DNA of 64,000 nt, taken from NCBI GenBank assembly GCA_951406725.2, contig OX597817.1, positions 22,816,001 through 22,880,000 on the forward strand, read 5' to 3'. The notes beneath the pieces are model-generated. The model had not been told where the DNA came from. It ran no database searches and saw nothing but the letters and a program-made list of their open reading frames with translations. Of this stretch, positions 27,261 to 41,260 are shown one piece after another; the first letter of the stretch is position 1, and each line of letters starts with the position of its first letter. The DNA is from Octopus vulgaris. Taxonomy: Eukaryota. Both the position numbers and the translations under genes were made by a program.

Positions 27261-29471
27261 CGGGTGAGTGTAAGGCCCTGGTAAGGTGAAGGATACAGGT
27301 CTTCGTGAAGTGCCACGTTTCTGCTTCATAGAAGAGAAAGGAGAGAACCGACGCATTGCAGATGCGGACCTTTTTTTCGGTGGATAGAACAGCATCACGA
27401 AAAGAGTTTCATTGGGTTTACATGACCCCGGCATATAGACCATATCTGCATTTGATTACCGGGGTAAGATCTGCAACTGTAGTGCAATCTAGGGTCACCT
27501 GCGCAAAAGTTTTGAGTTTACCAGGATATCGTTTGCAGACTGGTTGACGCTTGATTTGAAGATCTCTCATTTGTTAGTCTCGTCCTTGAAAAAAGCACTG
27601 AAGCGATTGGCGATAGAGCTCGTGAATTTAGAGGTGATGTTGGGATCACGGAGACAGGATGAGCCAGAGTGGGGCTTATATTAGTGGTTGGGTCCACTCA
27701 CCAATTCAACTTGCATGTCGCAGCCAACGTTCAATGGTCGGTATTGCCGTGTTGAGTTCCCCTGTAGAAGCAGCAGTTAGTAGCAAATGACCTTTCGCGA
27801 TGGGAAATGATGATGTGGTCGATCTCCTTTTATAAAAAACATCGACTTTCTTTATCCATATCCGTGATTGTTGTTTGCGGGCATGGAGGTGTATTATTTA
27901 AAATATATATGAATGACTTAAATGTAATAATTTCAATGCCAAAGAATATTGGACAATATAGGCGTCAATTTAAGAAACAAGTCGAAAAATAAATTTAAAC
28001 ATAATTTAGAAGGTAGAAATGGTTTGGTGATCTGTAATGCAATTAGTATCGGGGTGAGTGTTCCGTAAAATAGATACGTAGGTAGCGTCTACAGGGTGCT
28101 TGTTTCTCTGATCTGTACCAAATTGGTTCTTATAACTTCTAATATTCCTTTGTGATTTATAAATGTCTCAGAAAAAAGAAGGAAAGAAGAAAAACACATT
28201 ATTTCATATAAAGTACATTTTACACATATTATTTAGTCTTACTCTATTATGCTGTATGGTTGCGATTTGCGAAGGAGAATCTCCGGTTCAGTGTAATTCA
28301 ATTGTTCTTAGTTTGAATACAAGAAGAAAAACAATAAAAGACAGGAATTTCTTGCAAAAAATTTATAAATAATACATAAAAACAAAACGTAGCAAATCTT
28401 GAAATGTTATTAAAATATGGGAAAATTCTGGAGACCAGCAGCTGAAAAATATTTCATAGCCATTAACAGACCACGCTTCTTTTAACTTTTGAGTGGTAAT
28501 TCTGTCTCTTTCCAATAATTTTCTATTTGGTGGCCATTTTAAATCTACAAGTGCTTTATGTTGCACATCTTGAAAGTTTTAGAGAAATTAATCTAAGAAA
28601 AATAACTAGTTTGTTGATTTTCTAATTATAATTCTATCACTGTGCTGGGAGATGAACAGCTAAATTATGTGATAGAGTACGATGTGGAAGAAATGTTATT
28701 CATAAATAAGAACAATGATGAGATATTTTAAAGATCTACTCTGAGATGTTCCAATCTTACTTGGGATAAAATTTAGAAAAAGAATTTTAAAAGTATATGT
28801 CTGTTGGAAAAAGGATTTTTCAGATGATGCTTAATTTAAGGAAATACAGATCGATGATTGCAGCAAAAATGCTATGTTTTGCCAAGAAAGTATTGAGCTA
28901 AGTTGTTATAGAGGGTTGGCATCTACTTTGGAAGGAATGTAGCCCTTTTCACTTGCGAATCAATAGAAAAAAAGAGTAGTTAGTGAAATGTGTTTCCACT
29001 TGGTCTGATAGCTTACATTTTAATTCTGTGTAGGATTTTTGTGTGGTGGTAGTAGTATTCGGTGGCAGAATATACATAAGTGTTGTCGAGATGCAGAAGA
29101 TATTTGGAGCTATGGATATAAAAGTTTCTGAAAGTGAATAACGGTAGTTACATTAATTTACATGAAAATATCTGTGTTTAGATAACCTCACGTACAATAA
29201 AATGTAATTTAAAACTATTGCGACAAATATCGGTGAGCCACAATATATAAATAAATAGATAAATATCTATATAAATTAGTTAGTTAATTAAAGAGCCCAA
29301 ATAGATTCATTGTATGAGGCACTCATAACGTAAGATTTTTTCTCTAAAACTAACGTCTTTTAGAAGAATGAAGACACTGGTCATTGAAGTTACAGATACA
29401 AAAGAAAATGAAATGATTGTGGCTGCAAAACCTTCGAACATAAGTTTGCTCTATTTGGGATGACAAAGAAC

Positions 29472-29788
29472 AACTAGCCTCCATCGGTTATGACGACGAG
29501 GGATCAGTTGATCAGATCAACAGAACAAAGTGCTCGTGAAATTAAAGTGCAAGTGGCTGAGCACTCCACAGACATCCATACACTTATCGCAGTTTTCATG
29601 GACCGTTTCCGTGATTCAGAATGCAGCAAGGCTTGCCCTTGAAGAACAGGTAAAACTTATTGTTGTCAGTTGAGTGGACTGCAGCAACGTGAAATGAGGT
29701 GTCTTGCCCAAGGACACAAGGCGCAGCCGACATTCGAACTTACAACATTACGACCGTGAGCCAAATAACCTAACCACGCGCTGTCACA
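29472..29788 (-). mobile_element. SINE family D (tRNA head, V-SINE-like segment), diverged
   Basis: Minus strand cgcgtggttagg...agttcgaatgtc then gtgtccttgggcaagacac; related fragment at 37822-37920. Confidence 0.65.
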
Positions 29789-30815
29789 CAAGAAACAACA
29801 ACATCGACAAAACTTCACAACAGCTATAACGTCCTTGATATCTAGTTTAGTCCATCATGATTTATAGAAAGGAAGAAATCTCCCGCAACACTGCATGGTC
29901 TCAAGACAGTACCAGACCTCTTTGTTTCTGACGGAGTTTGAACTCAAAACTTAGACGACATTACGATAGCAACTAACATCAAAATGGAAGTGAAATATAA
30001 AACAATAGAATAATAAATATATTTACGATAGTAATACGAACTAATTATATGAGGCACATTTCACTATAGTAATTGAATGAATGCATGTAATCCAATAAAA
30101 AGCCTGTGTATGTATGTGTAAGTTTAATTACATGTATTTGTCTAATTTGCTGTAAATGTATGCACATCAGTATGTTACGTAACCACTTCAACTTTTGCAA
30201 CTATACAGATATGTAGCATTTGAAAAGATAGCAGGCATCAAATCACGATGGACTGTCATCCACCAAACAAATTAAACTTGCTTAAATACAATGGAAAAGA
30301 CTTCATAAGAAAGAAAATACGAGACTAATGCTCATTAAATGGCGTCGCTTCCGAATAAAATAAATAGTAAGTAGTTAAATTATCATCCCAAACTAATATA
30401 TTGTATAATTAATATTTCAGCTGCTTTCTTTGTTAATCTATTATTGCGGTTTTCTTTTCATATCATTGTCATTTTTATTGCTCGTTAGAGGAGCAAGTAA
30501 AAGTCACATGAGCATGAGATCTGGTTTCAATTTTCAGCTGGAAATATGTATCATTACTGTCGCAATGAGCTGGGGGTAAAATGTAAGTAATAGTTTTATA
30601 TTTCCCTTTATCCAAATAGTATCCTACAAACTTCATATGTAATAAACAATTGTCCGGCAGACTCAGGCACACCTTGTCATACTAAGAAAATTTGGATATA
30701 AAGTGAAACTGTCTCATTAAGACAAAGTGGGATGTTCAATGCAATGCAAATTAATTATTTCTTCACAAAAATTGGATTATTTCTGTAAAATTGATTCTAA
30801 GTAGATAACTAGAAA

Positions 30816-31210
30816 GGCGCAAAAGTGGCTGTGTGGTAAGTAGCTTGCTAACCAACCACATGGTTCCTGGTTCAGTCCCACTGCGTGGCATCTTGGGCAA
30901 GTGCCTTCTGCTATAACCCCGGGCCGACCAATGCCTTGTGAGTGGATTTGGTAGACGGAAACTGAAAGAAGCCTGTCGTATATATGTATATATATATACA
31001 CGTGTGTGTTTGTGTGCCTGTGTTTGTCCCCGATGCTGGTGTGTTTACGTCCCCGTCACTTAGCTATTCGGCAAAAAGAGACCGATAGAATAAGTACTGG
31101 GCTTACAAAGAATAAGTCCTGGGGTCGATTTGCACGACTAAAGGCGGTGCTCCAGCATGGCCGCAGTCAAAATGACTGAAACAAGTGAAAGAGTAAAGAG
31201 TAAAGAGAGT
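30816..31210 (+). mobile_element. SINE family A
   Basis: Full-length homology; (agagtaa)n tail. Confidence 0.9.
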
Positions 31211-31642
31211 ACTCGATCCTGAAAAAAATTTTTCACACGCCTGTAAGGATGCAAACGAACGAGATGGAGGGATGTACAGATTATATTTAGGGAAGATGAT
31301 TCGAAAAATATCAGAACCAGTTAGATATCAAACAGCCTAAAGTAAAAGTTTTTAAACAATTTAGCTGAAATATTATTATCGTTGAGAAACTTTGTTTCAA
31401 AAACAACTTGTCTCCTAAGCCGACATTGATAAATAAAAATTCTCGTTTTCGTTTTGCTGTATTCATCTATCGACGACGATAGATGAATATAAAGTTGACA
31501 TTTGCAAAGACGAGGAAAGAAACGTGTAATTTTGCATACAATTGAAACATTCTTAGTGTGCTATTGAAAATGAGTACAATGTGACGTATAGAACAATATA
31601 AATTAGTTACGACGTTTCAAATATCCAGGAGATATTTTACCT

Positions 31643-32030
31643 GGAGTGGCTGTGTGGTAAGTAGCTTGCTAACCCACCACATGGTTCCAGGTTCAGTCCC
31701 ACTGCGTGGCATCTTGGACAAGTGTCTTCTACTATAGCCTCGGGCCGACCAATGCCTTGTGAGTGGATTTGGTAGACGGGAACTGAAAGAAGCCTGTCGT
31801 ATATATGTATGTGTGTATGTTTGTGTGTCTGTGTTTGTCCCCCTAGCATTGCTTGACAACCGATGCTAGTGTGTTTACGTCCCCGTCACTTAGCGGTTCG
31901 GCAAAAAGAGACCGATAGAATAAGTACTGGGCTTACAAAAAATAAGTGCCGGGGTCGATTTGCTCGACTAAAGGCGGTGCTCCAGCATGGCCGCAGTCAA
32001 ATGACTGAAACAAGTAAAAGAAAAAAAAAG
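31643..32030 (+). mobile_element. SINE family A
   Basis: Near full-length homology. Confidence 0.9.
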
Positions 32031-32985
32031 AATACGCCTGTGTTCATACGTAACATCTCTAAGAACTTACGACAGTAGATATTTGTTTGAGTTTCATTGG
32101 TCACATAATCTTCAGTGTTTATCATAAAAAAAAATTGTAAATTAGATAATGGAAGTGTCTAGAAGGAACCGTTATTGGGATATAGCATTTGTTGGTTTTA
32201 ATGTAAACTTCAATGCAGACAATAACATTTCTCACTCCTTTGTAGCTTCTGGAATTTGATTTTTATGAAAAAAAATCCCATATCTGTACAAACTGCTAAG
32301 CTCAAAATCATCGTCGACGGAAGCATTAAATGCTTGTACGTAACATAGCACAGAGAAATAAGCAATGCACATATGAAATGAAGCAAAATATATCTCAGCC
32401 TGCCTAATCTTGGAAAGAAATATCCTGAAGGTTGCTAAATATCTCAGGCATCAGAATTACCGATACAAATATTTCGTGGTGAACACTGTTCCTCGGTGTA
32501 TATTCTTCATTTCTGATTAGGAGCTAATTAACAAAAGAGTTATATCAAGAATTTGACGTTCGTATGGGTAGAAGAACCGTAGTATCTAGAACATTTCTGC
32601 TCTGTTTGCCAAAAACATTTTATCGATTACAACTCACTAAAGCAATGACGAACAAATATCAGTAGATTGGTCAACAAGCATATATTCTCCCTCATTTGGA
32701 ACTTTCCAATACTACAATAATGATATCTGGCGATTGGATATTCCAAATTTCATATCACTTCCATGATAATAGTTACGTATCTCCTAAGCAATAGGTAACA
32801 ACGTTGCCTTTCAAAGAAAGGTGTAAAAAACAATGAAACCATCAAATATTTTTACTCCCAGCCAAATTACTGTTTAATATGCTGTCGAATATAAATGATA
32901 AATTACATAGACGCAAAAACCTGAAACACTTTGGAATGGGTGCGACAGTATTCAAACAACACGTTTGCTTTTTTATATACACATA

Positions 32986-33371
32986 GGCGCAGGAGTGGCT
33001 GAGTGGTAAGTAGCTTGCTAACCAACCACATGGTTCCGGGTTCAGTCCCACTGCGTGGCATCTTGGGCAAGTGTCTTCTGCTATAGCCCGGGTCGACCAA
33101 TGCCTTGTGAGTGGATTTGGTAGACGGAAACTGAAAGAAGCCTGTCGTATATATGTATATATATGTGTATGTGTATGTGTTTGTCCCCCTAGCATTGCTT
33201 GACAACCGATGGTGGTGTGTTTATGTCTCCGTCACTTAGCAGTTCGGCAAAAGAGACCGATAGAATAAGTACTGGGCTTACAAAGAATAAGTCCCGGGGT
33301 CGAGTTGCTCGACTAAAGCGGTGCTCCAGCATGGCCGCAGTCAAATGACTGAAACAAGTAAAAGAGTAAAA
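32986..33371 (+). mobile_element. SINE family A
   Basis: Full-length homology. Confidence 0.9.
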
Positions 33372-33441
33372 TAGTATACAAATATGTATTTATAATTAAA
33401 TATTCAGGTAGGCATGCATACATACAGGCACATACAGTCAA

Positions 33442-33481
<40 letters not shown>

Positions 33482-34237
33482 ACACACATAAACATACATA
33501 CATTTGCACACACAAGTGTATTTATAAATGTATGGGAACATTTATACATGTATGCATTAATGTTTATGCGTGACTATGTGTTTGTCTCTGACAGCAGGAA
33601 ACGGAAACTGACTAGATTTGAACATTAGTCCCGCTCCTCCCGTGAAGAAGTGTGTGATGCCGAATATACAGCGGAAATTAGATGCCTTGCATATATATAT
33701 ATATAAAGGAACAAAAACGCAATAGAGGACAATAAAACATTCGGACAGATAGACGATACTAAGGCAAAGAGGAGAAACAACAATTAGAACAGGCAAAAAA
33801 AGACGGGTCTTTCGTGGCCTTCTTTCCTTTGTCAAGTTACTAGACGTCCTTACTATTTTGGGCAGTTACTATACAGAGAGAGAGAGAGAGGAAGGTAGGA
33901 AGAGAGCTAGATGGATAGTGAGAGAGAGATTCGTGTGAGTGTGTGTGTGTGTGTGTATTTCAATCTGTTTTAGTACATAAATCAACCGGCAATTCTATTA
34001 CGGAAGCAGAAAAAATCTATCTTTTCTGCCGAACAATTCTTACAGGCCCGACCTAACACAAACGAAGACACAGTTTGAACCAAGTGGTGTAAAATTATAT
34101 GATGATTATTTATTGATTTCTTAAAACGAAAAAATAATTACTTTTGTATTCAATTCGGAATATCGATACTGAAACAGTGGAATAAATACAATGATATACA
34201 TACACAGATGCAAAGACACACACACACACACACACAC

Positions 34238-34288
<51 letters not shown>

Positions 34289-34712
34289 ATATATATACAT
34301 ACATATTTACAGGCATACATTTATGTGTATATATATATATATATCTATATACGTGAGTTTGTGTGTGTATGTTTGTTTGTGCTTTTGTGTGTGTGTGTGT
34401 GTGTGAATATATAATTTGCTCATTCTTTTCTCACAGATCCGTCTTTAATATTTGTCTTTTCTTTCTCTATCTCGCGATTGCGTCTTTAATTTTCAGATTT
34501 ATTGCAAAATTATCACCTGTTGTTTGATCGACATTTTAATAGAAATTTATATATACATACCAAACACAAACACACCCACACACACACATATATATATATA
34601 AATATCCATATATATATATACATATATACATACACACACAAGTATTCATATACAACATATATATATTTATGTATATATATATACATATATATGAACATAT
34701 ATAAACACAAAA

Positions 34713-34746
<34 letters not shown>

Positions 34747-35328
34747 GCACACTCACCTAAAAACGTACTCACGCATATACACACATGCACACACATATTG
34801 ATTTCAATCTTGTCTGTCACTCTCCTCTTCTTCTCATACTCATAAACGTGTACGGACAACATACAAATGCGTTTACTTACGCATTTGTGTGTCTCAATAT
34901 TTCAGTCATGTCTGACAGTCTATCTCGGTTTCTTTCCATCTCTCTTTATCTTCCTCTTTCTGTATATATTACCAAGATACAGAAAGAGAGAGAAAGAGAG
35001 AGATTTACATTCAGTATGAGTTAGAGATAGGAAGATATAGAGAAAGTACGAAAGATAAAGGGTATAGAATGTATAATGTTGCGCACGTAAGAATACATGA
35101 ACCCGCACAAATATATGAAATAAGTATTCTTTTATAATTATCAATGAAAATACATCTGATGTCTATGTACATATACACAAAGGCACCATTTATGTACATC
35201 TATGTATGTGTATGAATATATATATCGAACTATATAACCATGTATATGCATACATATGCATATATACACATATATGGAGACAAAAATATACATAGACCCA
35301 TAAGTGTGTATATGTGTTTGTGTGTATG

Positions 35329-35363
<35 letters not shown>

Positions 35364-35534
35364 ACACATATTCATATATATATATATATGTATGTACATA
35401 TATACATACAGACATATATATATATATGTATATATACACACACAAGCCCATTTATATATTGAGTGCGTAAGGTATTTGGGTTCATTGCTACATATTTTGC
35501 TTAATCTGTATAATTTTTGTTTCAGAAAATAGTA

Positions 35535-36597
35535 ATGGCAGACACTCAGCTTACTTTAAGAAATGAAGAGGCAAGCTGTTATTTTGGTTATAAAGGCTGA
35601 GTATAGCGATTTAGAAATATCTCGATTTTTAAAAAAATTGCCAGATCTTTCATCTACAAAGTTTGTAAGGAGTTAGAGACTGAAGATGGAACATTATTAT
35701 CAGTATTAAAGCATAATAAGCATTCTAAACGCTCTGAAATCATCAGAAATCATGAATTTATCCAACAAGTTCAACAGACCATCGGTTACAATGCCAAGGA
35801 ACTCCATGGGGTCAATCGCAAAAGATCTCTATGTGTCAGAAGGAAGGGTCAGAAATGTTGTCTACGAAGACATCAGATATAAATCTTAAATGATGAGAAA
35901 TGGTCAATTTGTAAGGAAAAGCAAAAGAAAATCACCACATCCGATCTAAAAGGCTCTTAAGCAAACTGAAAATTCCTGTATTTGGTTTTACTCAAACGAG
36001 AATTTTATTTAGTTTTTCTCAAAGGAGAAAAACGTCGACCAAGATCAAAAAGTTAATAGAAGAAATGACAGATGGTTATATGCCGACCCTTCCGAAGTTC
36101 CAAGTGTTATGCAAACAAAGTTTCCTGCAACTGTCAAGGTTTTTAGGGTTGTCAGTAATGAAGGACTGATGATGCCTCCTTACTTCTTTCCACAAAGCTT
36201 TATAGTTAACTCTCACGCCTACATTGAGGTCCTGGAAATAATTGTTAAACCCTGGACTGACAGTGTATACAATGGAAGGCCACATGTGTTTCAGTTAGAC
36301 TCTGTACTATCACACATAGCTCTAGTAACACAGGAATAGATGGCTGAAAATTTTCATGATCCCATAACACCTAACATTTGGCCTCCCAATTTCCCAGATT
36401 TCAATCCATTGGACTATTACACGTAGAGTGTTATTAAAAGAGGTCAGTGAACAAGCACATAACTTCAAAGGTTCTTTAAATCTGCCATACTCAGATATAT
36501 GTCCAAAATTAATCAGGGCCTCTTGATTCGAGCATGTAGATAATTTAGATCTCATATGGAAACTATTGTGGAACCTGAAGGTGGCTTTATTAAATAA
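35535..36597 (+). pseudogene. Tc1/mariner-superfamily maT (DD37D) transposase, degenerate
   Basis: TKFPATV..VSNEG..MPPYFF..YIEVL..VKPW; FQLD-(37 aa)-WPPNFPDFNPLDY; ends GGFIK*. TIRs not resolved. Confidence 0.85.
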
Positions 36598-36603
36598 CAT
36601 CAT

Positions 36604-37140
36604 AGCGTATCACTAAGGCTTGCGAGGAAGGGATGGCCTCCCTTTGCAAATACTTCAAGGGCACTGATATGGTGTCTAAAGCCAGCTAGAGACGACGATC
36701 ACTTGGGGCTATAAAGCTACAGTAACAATCCCTCCCCTATGTGGTTAGCCATGATAAGATGGCTTCTATACTTTACATTATCGAGCGATTACTGTTTCAA
36801 TCTCATTCTGAGATTTAATTATGCTTACTGTCAGTTTTTCGAAATCAGTGGCAGACGCCACTAGAAAAGTTCTTATATATTTTGCAAGGAGGCCTTCACT
36901 TTCATCGCAACCTGGTGATTACCGCCCGTTGACAGGGGACAAAAATCCCGAAACTAGTCCGAGCGTATCACTCAGGCTTGCGAGGAAGGGATGGCCTCCC
37001 TTTGCAAATAATTCAAGGGCACTGATATGGTGTCTTAAGCCAGCTAGAGACGACGATCTCTTGGGGCTATAAAGCTACAGTAACACCCCCCTCCCCTATG
37101 TGGTTAGCCATGATAAGATGGCTTCTAAACTTTACATTAT
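36604..37140 (+). mobile_element. 1.5-unit tandem (period 358 bp) of retrozyme/pLTR-like family 1
   Basis: agcgtatcact.aggcttgcgaggaaggg at 36604 and 36962; degenerate hammerhead at the junction (ttgacag-ggga caaaaa tccc-GAAA-ctag-TC, about 36926-36962). Confidence 0.75.
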
Positions 37141-37755
37141 AGGAAAGTTTTATTCTTATCCTCATAGCATTTCTTGATAAAATAAGTTATTATCTGTTAT
37201 TATATATCTGCGTTTTTTTATAAACATAAATTTATGAGCAATATAATATTGTTTTCCTATTATATTGACCACTTTCAGTTAATTCGTAGTTTTGATGAGT
37301 TCCGACTCGGTTCAACATTTGCATCGAAATGGAAGTTACATATTTTCCTATTTATATTGCATAATAAGTTAGTTTACTGATTGCAATAATGCAAACAGAA
37401 CATTATCGAGAAATAGACTCATATCACAGAAACTTGAATATTAATTGTTACATATAATACAAACTTTTCGGGCAAGACATTAAATGCTTTCAAAAGTGCT
37501 TAGCTTTGATGTTCTTTATGTTGTATATTTACTTCTGTTAGGTTTAGTTTGCATGTCATGGCCCCGGCGTTGGGTTACACTCACACCTGCGCGTACACAC
37601 GTGTGTGTGTATATATATGTATAGGTTTGTCTGAACGCCAGCGTATGGAGCAACATTTTTGTGAAGTACTGTTATTGAGCATATTACTTGAGGGGAAGTC
37701 AAAATGCTGCATATAAATCTCGGCCTTTGTTTCGAGATTTACAATGATGCATACA

Positions 37756-37825
<70 letters not shown>

Positions 37826-38904
37826 CTGTGCAGGTTGCTGAGCACTCAGCAGATAGGCGTACAATTAACGTCGTTCTCAGAGTGATTCAGTGTGACACAA
37901 TTGATATGACAAGGCTGGCCTATTGTGTTTTACGATCGTGACTCGATTTGAGTGATTTGACGACCCAAACTAGCGAGTTGACCCATTTTGCAAATGACAC
38001 AAAGTTTTGACTATGCATAAATGATTGCCAGTCTTTGCCAGTATTTCCAGTCATGTACACCATACGTTGTAATCCTGAATAATTCTACAAGTACCAAGAA
38101 ATATCGCTCGAGAGAAAACAACAGAATGACACTTGAAATGCTACCTGGAAAGAAAATTGCTCCAAATTAGTAGAAGTGTTCTATTTACAAGTCTGTTTTC
38201 AATTCTTCAATCGATTTTCTGAAAATTGTCGAACCACCCAAAATTTTCCCGCTAAATCTGAGGCTGAAGAATTCAACATGGATTAAACCACTTCACAAGG
38301 GCACTTGACTAAGGATGAAAAATATTAAGTCCTATGTCCAGTGGGTAACAGCCTTGTCAGGAAAATTTGCAAGTGACAGCTGTTTGATTTCCAGCATAAC
38401 ACCGAAATAGCTTGCCGTTTGAAGATAATAAGATTCCGTTTTCCGATTCCAGGGCAATCATTGTTAGTCGGTTGAATGAATCTGAGGAATTTCATCTTTT
38501 CACATCTGTCAGCAAGTATGCACGGACAGTCAACACACATAGTTACGGAAATGAAAATTGTAGGTTACATACTTAGTCCCATATTTGAATAGAAAAAAAA
38601 ACAAATTATCAAACTAGACACTGCAAGTATTGAAAGCTGAAAAAAGAAAACAAAAATGAAAACAAAAAAATCAAAATCAGATGACCACTGAAGGTATTAG
38701 TTAGAGTGTATGTCGCTCTAATAGTAAATAAGGTGGGTATCTTTAAGTTCCAGGCAGCTAAGATAAATCATTAGGACACTTTCACCATCGTGTAAAATCA
38801 GTCAGGGAGTAATGGAAGCAACATAGAATTTACAGAGATAAAAGGACTATATGTAAAAGCATATGTCTGTATATATGTATATGTGTGTATATATATATAT
38901 AAAC

Positions 38905-39185
38905 AACGGCAGCGAACTCGTGGTCGGAGGATCGCGTTTTCAATTCTCAGATCGGGCGTTGAGTGTGTTTATTGAGCGAAAGCACCGAAAAGCTCCACGA
39001 GGCTCCGGCAGGGGGTGGTGGTGACCTCTGTTGTACCCTTTCGCCCCAACTTTCTCTCACATTTTTTCTCCTGTTTCTCGAGTAACGCTACGATGGACAG
39101 GCGTCCTGTCCAGCTGGGGGGAACACATACGCCATAAAAACCGGGAAACCGGGCCCATGAGCCTGGCTAGGTTTGAAAAGGGCGC

Positions 39186-39188
<3 letters not shown>
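38905..39188 (+). mobile_element. SINE family C, tail type 1
   Basis: tRNA-like head remnant; cgatggacaggcgtcctgtccagctggggg...gggaaaccggg segment resembling V-SINE bodies. Confidence 0.7.
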
Positions 39189-39232
<44 letters not shown>

Positions 39233-39718
39233 CACAGACACACATCAAAAGAGTGGCATATTAGCAATTAGGACCTAAAGGCAAGATTAATATAGATCAC
39301 AAAAGTGAGGGAGGATACTGGCCAGTACCGTTTATGCTAAAATAAGAGTTAAATTAACTCTAAAGACACAAATCAATCTAACTCAATCATTGACGAAGGG
39401 AGGTAAGCCCCTATTGTATGTAGCCGAATTTTGGTGTTGACACCTTAATTCTCATCAATGGCTTTTAACACCTTGTTTTAAACTTAATTTCCTCTATCAA
39501 TCATATAAATCTAAAATTTGTGCTGATTTTCTAAGCGGTTTAAATGTAAACAAATAACAAAAATGTTAGAAACTAAAGTCAAAATTAATAGATGCCTCAA
39601 AAGTGACGGAGGGTGATGGCCACCGCCGTTTATGCTAAAGTAAGTGTTAAATTCACTTCAAAGCCACAAATCACTCTAACTCAATGATTGACGAAGGGAG
39701 GTAAGCTCCTATTGTATG

Positions 39719-39775
39719 AAGCCGGATCGCAATTTTGAATCTTGGTGTTGACACTCTGATTCTCATCAGCGGCTT
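39719..39775 (-). ncRNA. Hammerhead ribozyme copy with GAAA to AAAA change
   Basis: aagccg-CTGATGA-gaatc..gattc-AAAA-ttgcga-TC-cggctt. Confidence 0.7.
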
Positions 39776-39841
39776 TTAACGCCTAAGGTTAAACTCAACT
39801 TTCTCTATCAGTCATACGAGTTTAACCCTATGCGTTAAAAC

Positions 39842-39892
39842 CCGCTGATGAGAAGTAAGGTGTCAACACCAGGATTCGAAATCGCGATCCGG
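39842..39892 (+). ncRNA. Type I hammerhead ribozyme, intact core
   Basis: ccg-CTGATGA-gaa(gtaa ggtg tcaa cacc agga)ttc-GAAA-tcgcga-TC-cgg. Confidence 0.85.
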
Positions 39893-40162
39893 CTTTATAC
39901 AATAGGGGCTTACTTTCCTTCATCAATCTTTGAGTTAGAATGATGTGTGGTTTTAAAGACAATTTAACGCCTATTTTAGCATAAACTGTGCAGGCCAATA
40001 CCCTCCGTCTCTTTTGTGATACATATATATCTGTTAAAGTGCGTAGGCTCAAAATGTAAAACACTTTCTCACTTCCCGAACGTTAATCTAATACAACAGT
40101 TTGTTGTTTACACACTCGTCTTCGCCATTTTTTTGTAAATTCCAACTATATATATATATATA

Positions 40163-40218
<56 letters not shown>

Positions 40219-40709
40219 AATATACAAACAGTATGATAAAAGATGAAAAGTGAAAAAGAAAGATAGGAATAAAAATAATCTGACGATGAATTACACACGC
40301 GCAAGCACGAATATGTACATGTACGAATATATGCATGCACACGTGCACAGGTATATATATATATCCGCACGCAAATATACTGGTAGAAACATATACTGAT
40401 AGACACCTATAAATATACGCTTAGAAACATGCCTACACGGCCACACATGTATACTGAATATTATATTTATATTACTCTGAAGGAGATGATGCGTGAGCAT
40501 GTGTATAGGCGTAAAAAATTAAAGCCTGTGCAGATGCATTAGAAAATACAATGGGATACAATATCCCATGTATATTACATTAAATAAGTTGATGCCTATG
40601 CAGAAAAATAAGAATAATAAAATAAAAACTTAAAGAATAAGAAAATAATAGGGAAAAATATTGCTTTCAAATTTTGGTACCTGATCAGCAAATTTGGGCG
40701 GAAGGTGTT

Positions 40710-40858
40710 AAATCAATTACATCAACCCCAATGTTCAGATGATACTCATGTTATTGACCCCAAAAGGATAAAAGGTAAAGTTAACCTTGGAGGAGTCTGA
40801 ACTCATAATATTAAGACCTTTCTCAGCGTGCTAACGATTCTGGCACTTCGCCGCTTTG
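40710..40858 (-). mobile_element. Old SINE family B copy
   Basis: ttattgaccccaaaaggataaaaggtaaagttaacc matches the family B body. Confidence 0.6.
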
Positions 40859-41023
40859 AATACAGGTTTGAAATATTGGTTTCAAATTTTGACACAAGGC
40901 CAGTAATTTAGGAGCATTATGGAGGAATTACATTATAGTAATTATTCCAACAATGCAAGGGTCACATTTTTTACTTTATGCATTATACGGTCTAGAGTGT
41001 TTAACAATGGATCATTTCATATT

Positions 41024-41260
41024 TCAGTCCACTAAATTCCAACTTAAATCGTGTGTTAAACTAGGCAAAGAAGTACAATTATCCCTAGCCACTGACCGAA
41101 AGTTAAAATAGTGATTATGTAATCTCACCTTGAGATTTGTACAGCACGCGCTAACATAGACAGACCTAGATCGATCAGTACATACCATGCACTTGTTCAG
41201 AATGTTCATGATCAAACATTTATTATCCAAGATGCTGGGTATTTGAAGTTGCAGTGTTTC
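41024..41260 (-). pseudogene. Degenerate Penelope-like GIY-YIG endonuclease with normal motif spacing
   Basis: DNKCLIMNILNKCMV..VYVSACCTNLKVRLHNH.FNF...TSL; a linker-like region may extend to about 41900. Confidence 0.65.

Larger units (their letters stand above)
39232..40146. mobile_element. Retrozyme/pLTR-like family 2: two tandem ~298 bp units (minus) plus one inverted unit (plus), between (TA)n tracts
   Basis: aaaagtga.ggagg at 39301 and 39599; reverse-complement copy at 39832-40020; each unit has a hammerhead or its remnant; no credible ORF. Confidence 0.85.

Noticed and set aside
26650-28950. Possible old LINE or PLE body
   Set aside because: Apart from one RTE-like peptide, translations are too degenerate to classify by eye.
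32986-33060. tRNA-like heads of SINEs as tRNA genes
   Set aside because: A and B boxes are present but embedded in repeated SINE bodies without a full cloverleaf.
38140-38560. Higher-complexity stretch with possible minus-strand splice sites
   Set aside because: No sustained ORF or recognisable motif; needs RNA-seq.
39388-39430. Opposite-polarity TTGACGA plus hairpin in the 298 bp units (ambisense ribozyme idea)
   Set aside because: No GAAA box or stem III at the correct position.
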